Below, piece after piece: positions 31,058 to 40,676 of a stretch of 64,000 nt of DNA. The DNA comes from Candidatus Cloacimonadales bacterium (GTDB lineage: Bacteria > Cloacimonadota > Cloacimonadia > Cloacimonadales > JAIOQZ01): the NCBI GenBank assembly GCA_963665815.1, contig OY762463.1, forward strand, positions 3,232,001-3,296,000. Direction: 5' to 3'. Under the pieces are notes generated by a model, which was not told the DNA's origin, searched no databases, and saw only the letters and a program-made list of their open reading frames with translations. Made by a program: the position numbers and the translations under genes. Each line of letters begins with the position of its first letter. Within the stretch, counting starts at the first letter, position 1.

Positions 31058-31354
31058 ATGAAAGCTATAAGTCCGGACAAACAACTTGAAATGTGTACAG
31101 AGATTATTGTGGCTAATGTAAGAACTAGAACACTCGAAGTAAAACAAATCATCAGTATGATCCAGGATGTGTCCTGCACTCTCAGACAATGGTACGGATG
31201 GGACAACGGCACTGCCTCGAGAGAACAGCAGTTCGAATGCTGCCAGAGAATAGCAATTGCCTATACGGAACAGCATTCCTCCAAGTTCCTGGTAGCCCCT
31301 ATGATCGCCGCGATTGCCTCTAAACTCAGAGAATTCTACGGATGGGAGGAGTGA
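31058..31354 (+). CDS. Small protein of two tandem ~45-aa repeats resembling the Ros/MucR N-terminal region
   Basis: GAGG SD; repeats QLEMCTEIIVA..MIQDVSCTLRQWYGWD and QFECCQRIAIA..MIAAIASKLREFYGWE. Confidence 0.6.
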   Translation: MKAISPDKQLEMCTEIIVANVRTRTLEVKQIISMIQDVSCTLRQWYGWDNGTASREQQFECCQRIAIAYTEQHSSKFLVAPMIAAIASKLREFYGWEE

Positions 31355-31631
31355 GGGGGAGTAAGCCAATATCAAATACAGAACTTTTATGTTTTCATAT
31401 TTGCTGATAAAGACATGATCAAGAAATTGTGTGTGCTACAATCAGTTAATAATCAGTATTTTAGGCTTTCATCACATCTGAATATTATTAGTTGAATCAA
31501 AACACAGTCAAGAATTTATTTATGCCCAGAATGGTTGCTAATCTGCTGAGTAAAGAGGATTTTGTAATTGATTTGACAGAAAATAACTGTTGCAGTTAAG
31601 TTTACTGAGATTTGAACTACTGGAGTAGAGA

Positions 31632-34600
31632 ATGAGTGAGAGAGAGAAATATAACAGTTTTGACATACCGTTATTGCCTGAGAAGTTAAGACAAGCTAAA
31701 GAAGAAAATAGATTAGCAGTATTTATTGGTGCGGGAGTTTCAAGGCTTTTAGGATGTATGGGATGGGATCAATTAGCAGAAAACTTAATTGAAACATGTA
31801 GGAAGGAAGATTTAATAAACTTCTTTGAGAGTAAGAGATTAGGACAGAATAGGAGTCAGAAACAGATAATTTCTACTTGCTTCGAAGTATTGAAGAATGG
31901 TAGTAAATTAGACAAGTTTTATGATGAATTAGACAAATCCTTAACCCCTTCAGACGAATATCTTAAAAAGGGAAGAAAAAGAAATATATATGATGACCTA
32001 TTTGAAATTGGAGATGTTTTTTTTACAACTAATGCCGATATGTTGATGCATCGAAAATTCAAGAATGGAAAAGTTATCTATGGAGAAGATAAACTTGTTA
32101 AAGATAACATTAAATCTGGAAACCTTTACCATATTCATGGATATAAGAAATGCAGGAAAAGCTTAGTATTCACTGTTGAACAGTATATTAATAGATATAG
32201 AAAAGACTCTGAGTTCAACAACTTTCTAAGAAATGTCTTCGATAAATATACTGTATTGTTTGTAGGTTATGGTTTGAATGAAATGGAGCTTTTGGAACAC
32301 GTTTTCAACAGTGATTCCTCAATGAAGGAAATTAGGCATTACATACTCAATCCTTTCTATAAACATGAGACTAATATCATTAATTACGAAAACATGTATT
32401 TCTCCAAGTTAGGAATAGAATGCATTCCATATTTTTTTGATGAGCTTGGATATGGCTTTCTCAAAGATGTTGTTATGCACTGGAATCGTGTTTTGAATAT
32501 TCCTGGTCGAGATTTGTATGACAAATTTACTCGTTTGAAAACAATAGTGAGTTCTCCATTTAATGAATCATTATATCTTGAGACTATAAAAATAATCAGA
32601 GAAAAGTCTGTTTTAGAGATGAGATTTTTCATGTACCTTGCCGATACTCACCATGCCATTGATTGGTTTCATAGATTGAATACTGATAACTATTTTTCAA
32701 TTAAAAACCTCCCCAAGCCAATATTGAATAAAAACAAACAAAACAAAACAATAAGTTGGAAATATGATGCTGTCCCATTTTCGAACTATTTACTTCGAGT
32801 GGCTAAATCAGCAAATGATGATAAAAAAAAGTATATGGAAATTTCGAAAGATCTTTTGGGATTTGCAGATGATTACTGGAGCTGTAACGAAAAAACAAAA
32901 TATGATAATGCGAGTTTAACAACATTTATCATTAACTTAATTATTACATTTGATTTAGATATTCTTGGTGAGAAATTTGTTGATATTCTTTTCGTAATTT
33001 TAATTAAAAATATTAATCATTATTTCTTAAAAGAACTTTTATTAGAAAACATGTTTCCTAAAATTTTTGAATCTAATAACTACAATTACATTAAGAAGAC
33101 CTTTGATTTTCTTCTATTCTACAAACGAGAAAAGAAGAAACTACTTTTTGATTATAATGCAAATAATTACTATTATGAAAACATTCCTATTAATGATGAG
33201 AGAGATTTTCATGAAATTGTGAATTTTATTAGTAGAAAAGTTGAGAATAAACATAGGATAGAATTGATAAAATTCATTTCTCATGAGATCGAAAGAAAGG
33301 TTAAAAGAGAAGAATTCAGTGTAACCTCATTTGGTAGAACTGTCGAGGAGCATGAGCAGTCTTTTTCATCACATTGTGCAGAGAGATATTACTTGATTTC
33401 GTTAAGAGAGTTAATGATAAACTGCGAAGATGATATTTTTGATATTATAAAAGATATGCTAAATAGTGTCTCTCCATTAGTTAGAATTGCTATTTACATA
33501 ATGAATAACATGTATTCAAAATATAAGGTCTTGTTCTGGGATCATAAAGAGAATTTGCTTAAAGATTATAGTAATTACCATGAATTACACGAATTATTTA
33601 GTAGCAATGTCAATTCCTTTTCGGAAGAACAATTGAAAAAAATATATAGCATGATAATTGAAAGTATAGACTGTAAAAAATACAATGATAATCATAGAGC
33701 ATACAGAATAAAGAAATGGCTTGAAGCACTGAAGAGTTCATCTAGTAAATTTATATCTGAAAGATATGAAGAAATTTGTCAAGAATATCCAGAATCTATT
33801 ATGTTTCCAGAACTAACGAGTTGGGTTATGGATGCTGAGGATTACAAAAGTGAAGATATTTATTTAACACTAAGTGATTTACCATTTAATGAAAAAATTT
33901 CACAATATATGAATCACTATTCTAAAAATCAGAATGATGATTATGAAAACTGGGATTTGAAGGTAACATTCAGAAGGGAAATTAGTAATAATCTTGATGA
34001 ATACGTAAGTAAAATAAAAGAGTTAGAGATATTACCTCCAGATTTATTTAGAATATTTATTGAGGAATTGGGAACTAATTATGACACATTAAATTCACAG
34101 TATAAAGAAAACTGTCTTCATTATATTAACGAAATAATTGAGAAAATCTATGACAGTGAGTTTATCAACTCTTACCATGTAAATGCAATATGTAATTTTC
34201 TGGGTAAAATTATTCAAGATGATTACGTTTTTGCAGAAGAGAAAACTCGAAATCAAGTTAGAGCAACCATTAACAATTTCCATGATAAACTTTTAATTCT
34301 AAATATGCTTGAAGAAAAATATGAGTTTTATGGTGGAAACAATCTTACATCTATTCTTGAGGTAAAACTAAATTTTAGTCTCAAAATGAAGCACAAGCAT
34401 TCAACGATTGAAGAAGAAATGATTGAGGAATTTGAACTCGGATTGCATAGTGATAAATTGGAATACAAGTATTTCATATCTAGGCATTTTAGAAATTTCC
34501 AATATATTGATGACCAGTGGATTTACAGTAAATTAGATAGGATATTCTCCTTCAATAATGAAAATGATTTAAAAAATACAATATGTAATTATATTCAAGA

Positions 34601-35291
34601 AAGTTATGTGCTAGATGAGAAAGTTTTCAAGTATTTCAAAGACAAAAACCTATTAGAGGAGTTTATTCTATTATACGACAATAATGATAGATTGGGTAAT
34701 GTAACCAAGAACCTTGGTTTTCTAATATTTTTCCACTATTATAAAGGCATAATTGAAGAAGTTTATCTGAAATCTTTGATAAAATCAATGATTAGCCATC
34801 CTAATAATGTTTTGAGGGGATTTATAGAAGCTGGAGTTAGTAAACAAGTTACACTGGAGCTGGATGAAAATAAACTAAAGACAATCTACATAGATACATG
34901 TGAGCAAATTAATATAGTTATTGAAAATATTGATATCATTAGGCATATAGATAATTTAATCTGTTGGATTGGTAATTTCGAAAAGTTAGATGAAGATATA
35001 TTTAGATCGACAAGTTACTTAATCAATCATTTTGAACTTAGATATTCTTATAAAGTATTTGAAGTGTTTTTCAAATTGTTTGATAAAAATCGAGAATACA
35101 CTTTTCTCTTAGTGAAAAGTTTCATTACAAAAAACTGTGATACTTTAGTTTCTAGTAAAAAAATTGAATTTTTAGTAAAAATGTATGAGTCAGGATATAC
35201 GGAAATGGCAAATGAATTATGGGAGTTATTAACTCTCAAAGGGCACATGATAGATCATGTGTTTGAAGAGAACAATGATTTAGCTAATTAA
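31632..35291 (+). CDS. SIR2-domain protein with long helical C-terminus (defence-associated sirtuin-like)
   Basis: VFIGAGVS..W..L, FTTNAD, YHIHG, VLFVGYG (SIR2_2-type); 1219 aa; very AT-rich. Confidence 0.8.
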   Translation: MSEREKYNSFDIPLLPEKLRQAKEENRLAVFIGAGVSRLLGCMGWDQLAENLIETCRKEDLINFFESKRLGQNRSQKQIISTCFEVLKNGSKLDKFYDELDKSLTPSDEYLKKGRKRNIYDDLFEIGDVFFTTNADMLMHRKFKNGKVIYGEDKLVKDNIKSGNLYHIHGYKKCRKSLVFTVEQYINRYRKDSEFNNFLRNVFDKYTVLFVGYGLNEMELLEHVFNSDSSMKEIRHYILNPFYKHETNIINYENMYFSKLGIECIPYFFDELGYGFLKDVVMHWNRVLNIPGRDLYDKFTRLKTIVSSPFNESLYLETIKIIREKSVLEMRFFMYLADTHHAIDWFHRLNTDNYFSIKNLPKPILNKNKQNKTISWKYDAVPFSNYLLRVAKSANDDKKKYMEISKDLLGFADDYWSCNEKTKYDNASLTTFIINLIITFDLDILGEKFVDILFVILIKNINHYFLKELLLENMFPKIFESNNYNYIKKTFDFLLFYKREKKKLLFDYNANNYYYENIPINDERDFHEIVNFISRKVENKHRIELIKFISHEIERKVKREEFSVTSFGRTVEEHEQSFSSHCAERYYLISLRELMINCEDDIFDIIKDMLNSVSPLVRIAIYIMNNMYSKYKVLFWDHKENLLKDYSNYHELHELFSSNVNSFSEEQLKKIYSMIIESIDCKKYNDNHRAYRIKKWLEALKSSSSKFISERYEEICQEYPESIMFPELTSWVMDAEDYKSEDIYLTLSDLPFNEKISQYMNHYSKNQNDDYENWDLKVTFRREISNNLDEYVSKIKELEILPPDLFRIFIEELGTNYDTLNSQYKENCLHYINEIIEKIYDSEFINSYHVNAICNFLGKIIQDDYVFAEEKTRNQVRATINNFHDKLLILNMLEEKYEFYGGNNLTSILEVKLNFSLKMKHKHSTIEEEMIEEFELGLHSDKLEYKYFISRHFRNFQYIDDQWIYSKLDRIFSFNNENDLKNTICNYIQESYVLDEKVFKYFKDKNLLEEFILLYDNNDRLGNVTKNLGFLIFFHYYKGIIEEVYLKSLIKSMISHPNNVLRGFIEAGVSKQVTLELDENKLKTIYIDTCEQINIVIENIDIIRHIDNLICWIGNFEKLDEDIFRSTSYLINHFELRYSYKVFEVFFKLFDKNREYTFLLVKSFITKNCDTLVSSKKIEFLVKMYESGYTEMANELWELLTLKGHMIDHVFEENNDLAN

Positions 35292-35313
35292 TTCTATCCC
35301 CCCAATTTTCTCC

Positions 35314-35348
35314 TTGACACAAAATATCTATTTGGCAATTTTGCCAAA
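35314..35348 (+). promoter_or_regulatory. arsR promoter with palindromic operator
   Basis: TTGACA at 35314-35319; TTTGGCAA-tt-TTGCCAAA at 35331-35348 overlapping the -10 region. Confidence 0.7.
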
Positions 35349-35361
35349 AAGGAATTAAGTT

Positions 35362-35682
35362 ATGAGTAAATTCGATAAAGTTAAATATGACGAAATGGCT
35401 AAGATTATTAAGTCTATGGCGCATCCGACCAGGTTGTTCATTGTGGATGAACTCAGTAAGCAGGATCACTGTGTGTGCGAGCTTACCGAAATGATCGGTG
35501 CAGACACATCTACCGTATCCAAGCATCTCGCTGTTCTCAAGAACTCCGGTATTGTGCAGGACAGGAAAGAAGGCAACAACGTTTACTACTCCCTCAGATG
35601 CTCCTGCGTGCTGTCGTTCTACCAGTGTGTCAGAGATGTCATCAGCCATAACGTGGAAGATCAGCTTAAACTGCTGAAATAA
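35362..35682 (+). CDS. arsR: ArsR/SmtB family repressor
   Basis: KSMAHPTRL, CVCEL, STVSKHLAVLK, VYYSL. Confidence 0.9.
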   Translation: MSKFDKVKYDEMAKIIKSMAHPTRLFIVDELSKQDHCVCELTEMIGADTSTVSKHLAVLKNSGIVQDRKEGNNVYYSLRCSCVLSFYQCVRDVISHNVEDQLKLLK

Positions 35683-35765
35683 ATAAATAGGTCTTTATAA
35701 AAAATTAACAGAGTATAATAGTAATTCAACAGATGAGGAAACTCATCATTTTTTAGTAACAGTAC

Positions 35766-35781
35766 TTGGCATAATTGCCAA
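35766..35781. promoter_or_regulatory. Second copy of the ArsR operator
   Basis: TTGGCA-taat-TGCCAA, same half-sites and spacing as 35332-35347. Confidence 0.6.
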
Positions 35782-35964
35782 ACAGCCACATATTAAGGGC
35801 TTCATTCAGTTACTGCTTGAGACGTTGATTCTTTTAAGATTCGGTGAACTTCATGATTCATCGAAAATATAATCAAGCTCTAACAATAGTACATAGCTCA
35901 ATGAATTATGAAGTTCATCAACTGATCTGGTTTGATGAAGTCCTTGATATAAAAAGAGGTTAAA

Positions 35965-36930
35965 ATGTTTAAATATCTCGATCTCGGTGTCAGAAAATTA
36001 GTCGAAAATGTGTTTAACGTGTCAATGGAAACGCATCTCGGGGAAAGTATCCACTTCTTCATATATGATGTGGTTAAAATACTCGTCCTGCTTTCGGTTA
36101 TGATATTCATTATATCTTACCTGAGAAGTTTCTTTCAGCCGGAGCGTACAAAAAAGATTCTTACCCACTTTTCAGGCATAAAAGGCAATATTATTGCTTC
36201 ACTGCTGGGGATTGTTACTCCGTTCTGTTCCTGTTCATCCGTACCGCTTTTCATAGCTTTTGTGGAAGCAGGAATCCCTGTTGGTGTTACCTTTTCCTTC
36301 CTGATCACATCGCCTATTGTTAACGAAGCAGCGTTTATCATACTGCTGGGGACTTTCGGCTGGAAGATAGCTGTGATCTACGTTTTCCTCGGTGTAGTAA
36401 TCGGGGTTATAGGTGGCATCATCATCGGCAGCCTTAAGCCGGAACGATATGTCGAAGAATATGTCTTCAAGCTCAAAGCAGGGAATCTGGGCGATATTCA
36501 ACAGACCTTCCGTGATCGTATAGATTTTGCTTTTGAGCAGGTAAAAGAGATTCTGCAGAGAATCTGGCTGTTCCTGCTAATAGGAATCGGACTGGGTGCA
36601 GCAATTCACGGTTGGGCACCGGCTGACCTGCTTGCTAAGTATGCCGGACCGAACAACCCTATTGCCGTTCTGGTTGGTGTAGTAATTGGTATTCCGTTAT
36701 ACTCTAATGCTCTGGGAACCATTCCTATTGCCGAAGCCCTGATTGGTAAAGGTGTCGGACTGGGAACAGCATTGTCATTCATGATGGCTGTAACAGCGCT
36801 TTCTCTGCCTGAGCTGATTATTCTGAGAAAGGTTGTCAAACCAAGACTGCTCATTTACTTTGTAGCAATAACCGGAGCAGGAATAATTGTTGTTGGATAT
36901 ATATTTAACATGATTTATCATTTAATATAA
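35965..36930 (+). CDS. ArsP/DUF318 family permease
   Basis: TPFCSCSSVP, FSFLITSP, GIPLY, ALSLPE. Confidence 0.88.
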   Translation: MFKYLDLGVRKLVENVFNVSMETHLGESIHFFIYDVVKILVLLSVMIFIISYLRSFFQPERTKKILTHFSGIKGNIIASLLGIVTPFCSCSSVPLFIAFVEAGIPVGVTFSFLITSPIVNEAAFIILLGTFGWKIAVIYVFLGVVIGVIGGIIIGSLKPERYVEEYVFKLKAGNLGDIQQTFRDRIDFAFEQVKEILQRIWLFLLIGIGLGAAIHGWAPADLLAKYAGPNNPIAVLVGVVIGIPLYSNALGTIPIAEALIGKGVGLGTALSFMMAVTALSLPELIILRKVVKPRLLIYFVAITGAGIIVVGYIFNMIYHLI

Positions 36931-36954
36931 CAATATAAATACAAGGAGATTACT

Positions 36955-37278
36955 ATGAGAATGTTAGCTGAATTCTTCCCTGAATTTGCAGAAAAACTTG
37001 ATGAAATGGATAAACTTTACGAAGAAAAGAGAACTATCGACGAGAAAACTTACCAGTTTATCTGTCTGGCACTGTCAATTAAAGGCAGATCCAAACCTTG
37101 CGTACTCAAGCACTTTAAAGGAGCTCTGGAAGCAGGAGCAACCGTTAAAGAGCTGTCATATATTCTGGCACTTACTATGCGTGAAGCTGCCGGAGCAGAC
37201 GACTGCTGGACACACGATGTAATCGGTGAATGGAAAGATATCCTTGCCGGAAACGTCTCCTGCGACTGCCAGAAATAG
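36955..37278 (+). CDS. Carboxymuconolactone decarboxylase (CMD/AhpD-like) family protein
   Basis: IDEKT..LALS....SKPCVLKHFKGALEAGAT..EL. Confidence 0.8.
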   Translation: MRMLAEFFPEFAEKLDEMDKLYEEKRTIDEKTYQFICLALSIKGRSKPCVLKHFKGALEAGATVKELSYILALTMREAAGADDCWTHDVIGEWKDILAGNVSCDCQK

Positions 37279-37291
37279 TAACTGCTTTAAT

Positions 37292-37328
37292 CACCTTCGG
37301 AATGGTCGTAAGGACCTTCCGAATGGTG
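37292..37328. repeat. REP-like bulged hairpin (second copy)
   Basis: CACCTTCGGAATGGTC-gtaag-GACCTTCCGAATGGTG. Confidence 0.65.
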
Positions 37329-37450
37329 TTGTTTACTTTTTAAGATTGGAGTTTGCTGTATTGCTTTCTTTAGAATGGTAGAGTAAGTTTCTGAAGGATA
37401 TTACAATGTCTTGTTTTCAGATAATTCCAAGTTTCACTTTGTGTATTTTC

Positions 37451-38530
37451 TCACCTGTAAACATAAAAAACATAAATCTGCTGCATGCCTTCTTTAACCA
37501 TTTCTGCAATGGTTTTCTTACCGATTTTCCTGTCAGGCGTAAGGTCATGATCAATCTGGTACTTGTACAATGCAGAATCAAGCTTTGTATCAAAAGTATC
37601 GTTTATTTCCCCGGCAAAGTAACCTGTTGCCTCTAAATGCTTTTTAACAATACTAATGTTTTCAGCTCTGTCCTTCAGATTGTAAAAGTCCGTATATGAA
37701 TCAACATAAAACGGCATTTTTCGCTGTTCAAACAAGTTATATCCGTATTCCAGATTTTCCCAGAAACTCAGCAGATAGTCCTGTTCAAGTTTATCTGAGT
37801 GCATATACTGCTCAGCTAATTTTCTGCGTTCTTCGCTATCTGTATTCTCGAACCTGAATGGGAACATATGATACTGGATTCTCCTGTATTTCTTTCTGTT
37901 GTGATGTCTGGAAAAAGCATAAACCGGCAAAAAGTTCATGTTCTCAAATGAAATACAACCGGATGAGATACAGTTTCCGTGGATACATATTCCACTGCCT
38001 GTTTTATTTTGGTATCCGGCAAGTCTACTGTTTCTATGATCAACATAGTTGGGATAGTTAAGACAGACTCTGAAACCGTCTCCCTTTTTTACTCTTCCTT
38101 TTGCTTCAATGTCTTCCAGATCCATCCACATAAACCAGAGCTTACTATGATAAGCAAAGTTACCAACATAGAAACCTTCCGGAGTTTTATCATCACCTCT
38201 TTTCAGTTTTGGTCCCGACTCAAAATCCATAGCACATATGGGAAGAGTCATGATGAGACTGAGAGAGTCCTGGTTTCCTGATTTAGCCCAGATTTCGCAT
38301 TCCTTTTCCTGCTTGAATACACGAATTACTGCACAATCCGGGGGATAATCAAAATCCGAGAGTTCGATTTGAAATTCTTCTCGAACAACCTTGTCAATTC
38401 TGGTCAGCAGATCTTCGGGATCTGTTTTCCCCGGTGAGAGATAATAACCGCTCATCAGAACAATGATTACAGATATTAAGATTAAAATTACAAATAAAGT
38501 TTTCTGGTTTCTCAAGTTCACTTCCTTCAT
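37451..38530 (-). CDS. L,D-transpeptidase family (YafK/DpaA-like) protein with C-terminal peptidoglycan-binding domain
   Basis: IRVFKQE, GPK...GD.KTPEGFY, LNYPN, IHGNCISSGC; ALYKYQ..HDLTPDRKIGKKT. Confidence 0.82.
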   Translation of the reverse strand: MKEVNLRNQKTLFVILILISVIIVLMSGYYLSPGKTDPEDLLTRIDKVVREEFQIELSDFDYPPDCAVIRVFKQEKECEIWAKSGNQDSLSLIMTLPICAMDFESGPKLKRGDDKTPEGFYVGNFAYHSKLWFMWMDLEDIEAKGRVKKGDGFRVCLNYPNYVDHRNSRLAGYQNKTGSGICIHGNCISSGCISFENMNFLPVYAFSRHHNRKKYRRIQYHMFPFRFENTDSEERRKLAEQYMHSDKLEQDYLLSFWENLEYGYNLFEQRKMPFYVDSYTDFYNLKDRAENISIVKKHLEATGYFAGEINDTFDTKLDSALYKYQIDHDLTPDRKIGKKTIAEMVKEGMQQIYVFYVYR

Positions 38531-38692
38531 ATGAGAGCTTTAAACTGAAAGAAAACAACAGCACGGTGTATGCAGTTGTTTCATTTATACAAAGATATTG
38601 TCACAGAATACGTTAGAAATTAATATCAGATGCTTTGAGAATTCACTTGACTAATCCTTTCATATCAAAGCTTATCAATCTGAGGATTCATT

Positions 38693-39871
38693 ATGGCAGT
38701 AAAAAGAAAAAAACGTAAAGCAAAAAAACAGAAAGGTTCTTTCGGGAAGTTTTTCATTCTTGTTATGGTACTGGTAGTTATCAGTCTGGCAATATACTAT
38801 TTAGCCAGTGATTTGAAAATACCGGTTCAGATTAAAGATATTATCTCGAAAAAAACAGATAAACCTGTTGTACCGGAAGAAATAACTGTAACAGACTCAA
38901 TAATAGCGGCAGCAATGAAGTTCAATATTACCAGAAAACAGATCAGTGTGAAAGAGGGAGAAAGCGAAACAAACATCCGAATCCCAGTTAACCGTGAGCT
39001 GTACGACCTCTATATTGTAAACATGGTTGTTACGGGTAGTGCCGAACTTGCCGGTGGAGTTTTAGTCTCCGGTGAAGAGAACAAGAATGCGACATCTCAA
39101 AATCTTGTATTTGAAGACAAAGAAAAGCATAAATATAATGTTAAGCTCTACTATTCCAGAAGAGTGTCCAAAAAGCCAAGCAAACAGCTTGCAATTATTG
39201 TGGATGACTTCGGAACGTACAGCAGTAAACTTATAGATAGATTTGCCGAGGATACTGATCCTGCCGTTACCTTTGCCATTATCCCCGGAGAAAGAACTTC
39301 CGACTATGCAATGGAAAAGGGAAGTAATACGGGTCATGAGTTAATGATACACATGCCAATGGAACCAAAGTCTTACCCCAGAGATGATCCCGGAAAGAAT
39401 GCCATATTTGTGGATCAGACACCAAAACAGATAAAGAGGATTGTCGGAAAATACATTAAGGAATTGCCTTTATGTAAAGGGGCAAACAACCACATGGGTA
39501 GTTTGGCAACATCTGATGAGGATGTGATGAATGCAGTGCTGGAAGTGCTGAAAGAAAATGGAATGTACTTTGTGGATAGTCGTACAGCAGCCTCTTCGGT
39601 AGGATATGATATAGCTCAGAAAATGCTGGTACCTTCTAAGAAAAGAGATATTTTCCTGGATGTACCTGATACAAGTGATGAATCTTTTGAGGCCAGACTG
39701 GCAGACATAAAAAAGCTGTTTAAACACAGAAGACAGGTTGTAGTAATTACTCACTGTAAAGATGAGAAAAGACTTAAACATATAAACAGATTAATTGATT
39801 ACGCAAATAGTAACAATATAGATGTTGTACCAGTTTCTGAACTCTTTAAAAATGATGTACCGGATGTGTAA
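38693..39871 (+). CDS. Divergent polysaccharide deacetylase (YibQ-like)
   Basis: AIIVDDFG, HMPMEP, NNHMGS, FVDSRT, RDIFLD. Confidence 0.88.
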   Translation: MAVKRKKRKAKKQKGSFGKFFILVMVLVVISLAIYYLASDLKIPVQIKDIISKKTDKPVVPEEITVTDSIIAAAMKFNITRKQISVKEGESETNIRIPVNRELYDLYIVNMVVTGSAELAGGVLVSGEENKNATSQNLVFEDKEKHKYNVKLYYSRRVSKKPSKQLAIIVDDFGTYSSKLIDRFAEDTDPAVTFAIIPGERTSDYAMEKGSNTGHELMIHMPMEPKSYPRDDPGKNAIFVDQTPKQIKRIVGKYIKELPLCKGANNHMGSLATSDEDVMNAVLEVLKENGMYFVDSRTAASSVGYDIAQKMLVPSKKRDIFLDVPDTSDESFEARLADIKKLFKHRRQVVVITHCKDEKRLKHINRLIDYANSNNIDVVPVSELFKNDVPDV

Positions 39872-39874
39872 AAT

Positions 39875-40675
39875 ATGTTATTAAAAGCAATTATACTTGG
39901 AATTATTCAGGGATTATCTGAATTTCTGCCTATCAGCAGCTCTGGTCACCTTGCCATTGCAGAGCATTTTCTCGGATTCAAAAACCCTGACCTCAGTTTT
40001 GAGATTTTCATTCATTTCGGATCTCTCATTGCTGTGTTTATCTACTTCAGAAAAGACATTCTTGCTCTGCTGAAATCCCTTAATTTCGGATCGAAAACCG
40101 AAGAAAACGTAAACAACAGAAAAGTTATTCTGTATCTGCTTGTTTCTACTATTGTCACAGTTTTTCTTGCACTGTTCATGAAATCTTATATAGAAAAGGT
40201 TTTTGAGTCAACTCTCGTTGTTGGCTTTATACTGATTGTGAATGGTTTCATTCTGTTATCATCTGACTTCGCAAAAAAATGCGATAAACCATCTTCTGAG
40301 ACAGGAATTCTCAGAGCTGCAATCATTGGTATAGGACAGTCTCTGGCATTGTTACCGGGCATTTCACGTTCAGGGACAACAATTTCCACAGCACTTCACA
40401 CCGGAATGAAAAGAGAAGATGCTGCCCGTTATTCCTTCCTGCTGGCAATCCCGGCAATTCTTGGAGCAACAGTACTTGAGTATAAAACACTCCTCAGTCT
40501 CAACCAAGAGATGATGATTATGTATCTCGCTGGAGCAATAGCTGCATTCGTATCCGGATATCTCGTTATCAGTGCTTTACTGGCAGTAATAAAGAAGAGA
40601 AAACTGATCTACTTTGCGATCTACTGCTGGATAGTTGCAATCACTGTAATAGTGCTTCAACTTATGGTAATATAA
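39875..40675 (+). CDS. uppP: Undecaprenyl-diphosphate phosphatase
   Basis: QGLSEFLPISSSGH, PGISRSG.T, ARYSFLL. Confidence 0.95.
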   Translation: MLLKAIILGIIQGLSEFLPISSSGHLAIAEHFLGFKNPDLSFEIFIHFGSLIAVFIYFRKDILALLKSLNFGSKTEENVNNRKVILYLLVSTIVTVFLALFMKSYIEKVFESTLVVGFILIVNGFILLSSDFAKKCDKPSSETGILRAAIIGIGQSLALLPGISRSGTTISTALHTGMKREDAARYSFLLAIPAILGATVLEYKTLLSLNQEMMIMYLAGAIAAFVSGYLVISALLAVIKKRKLIYFAIYCWIVAITVIVLQLMVI

Positions 40676-40676
40676 G

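Noticed and set aside
30896-31375. 159-aa minus-strand ORF
   Set aside because: Antisense to the 31058-31354 ORF, which has an SD and internal repeat structure.
28366-31634. AGTAGAGAATG repeated after comM and at the SIR2 start as att sites
   Set aside because: Only 11 bp, purine-rich and SD-like; plausible by chance.
35296-35303. ATCCCCCC before the arsR promoter (also ATCCCCC at 29761 and GGGGGGGAT near 18634) as further element ends
   Set aside because: No partner end or flanking direct repeat; orientation relative to the promoter is opposite; the 18.6 kb case is coding sequence.
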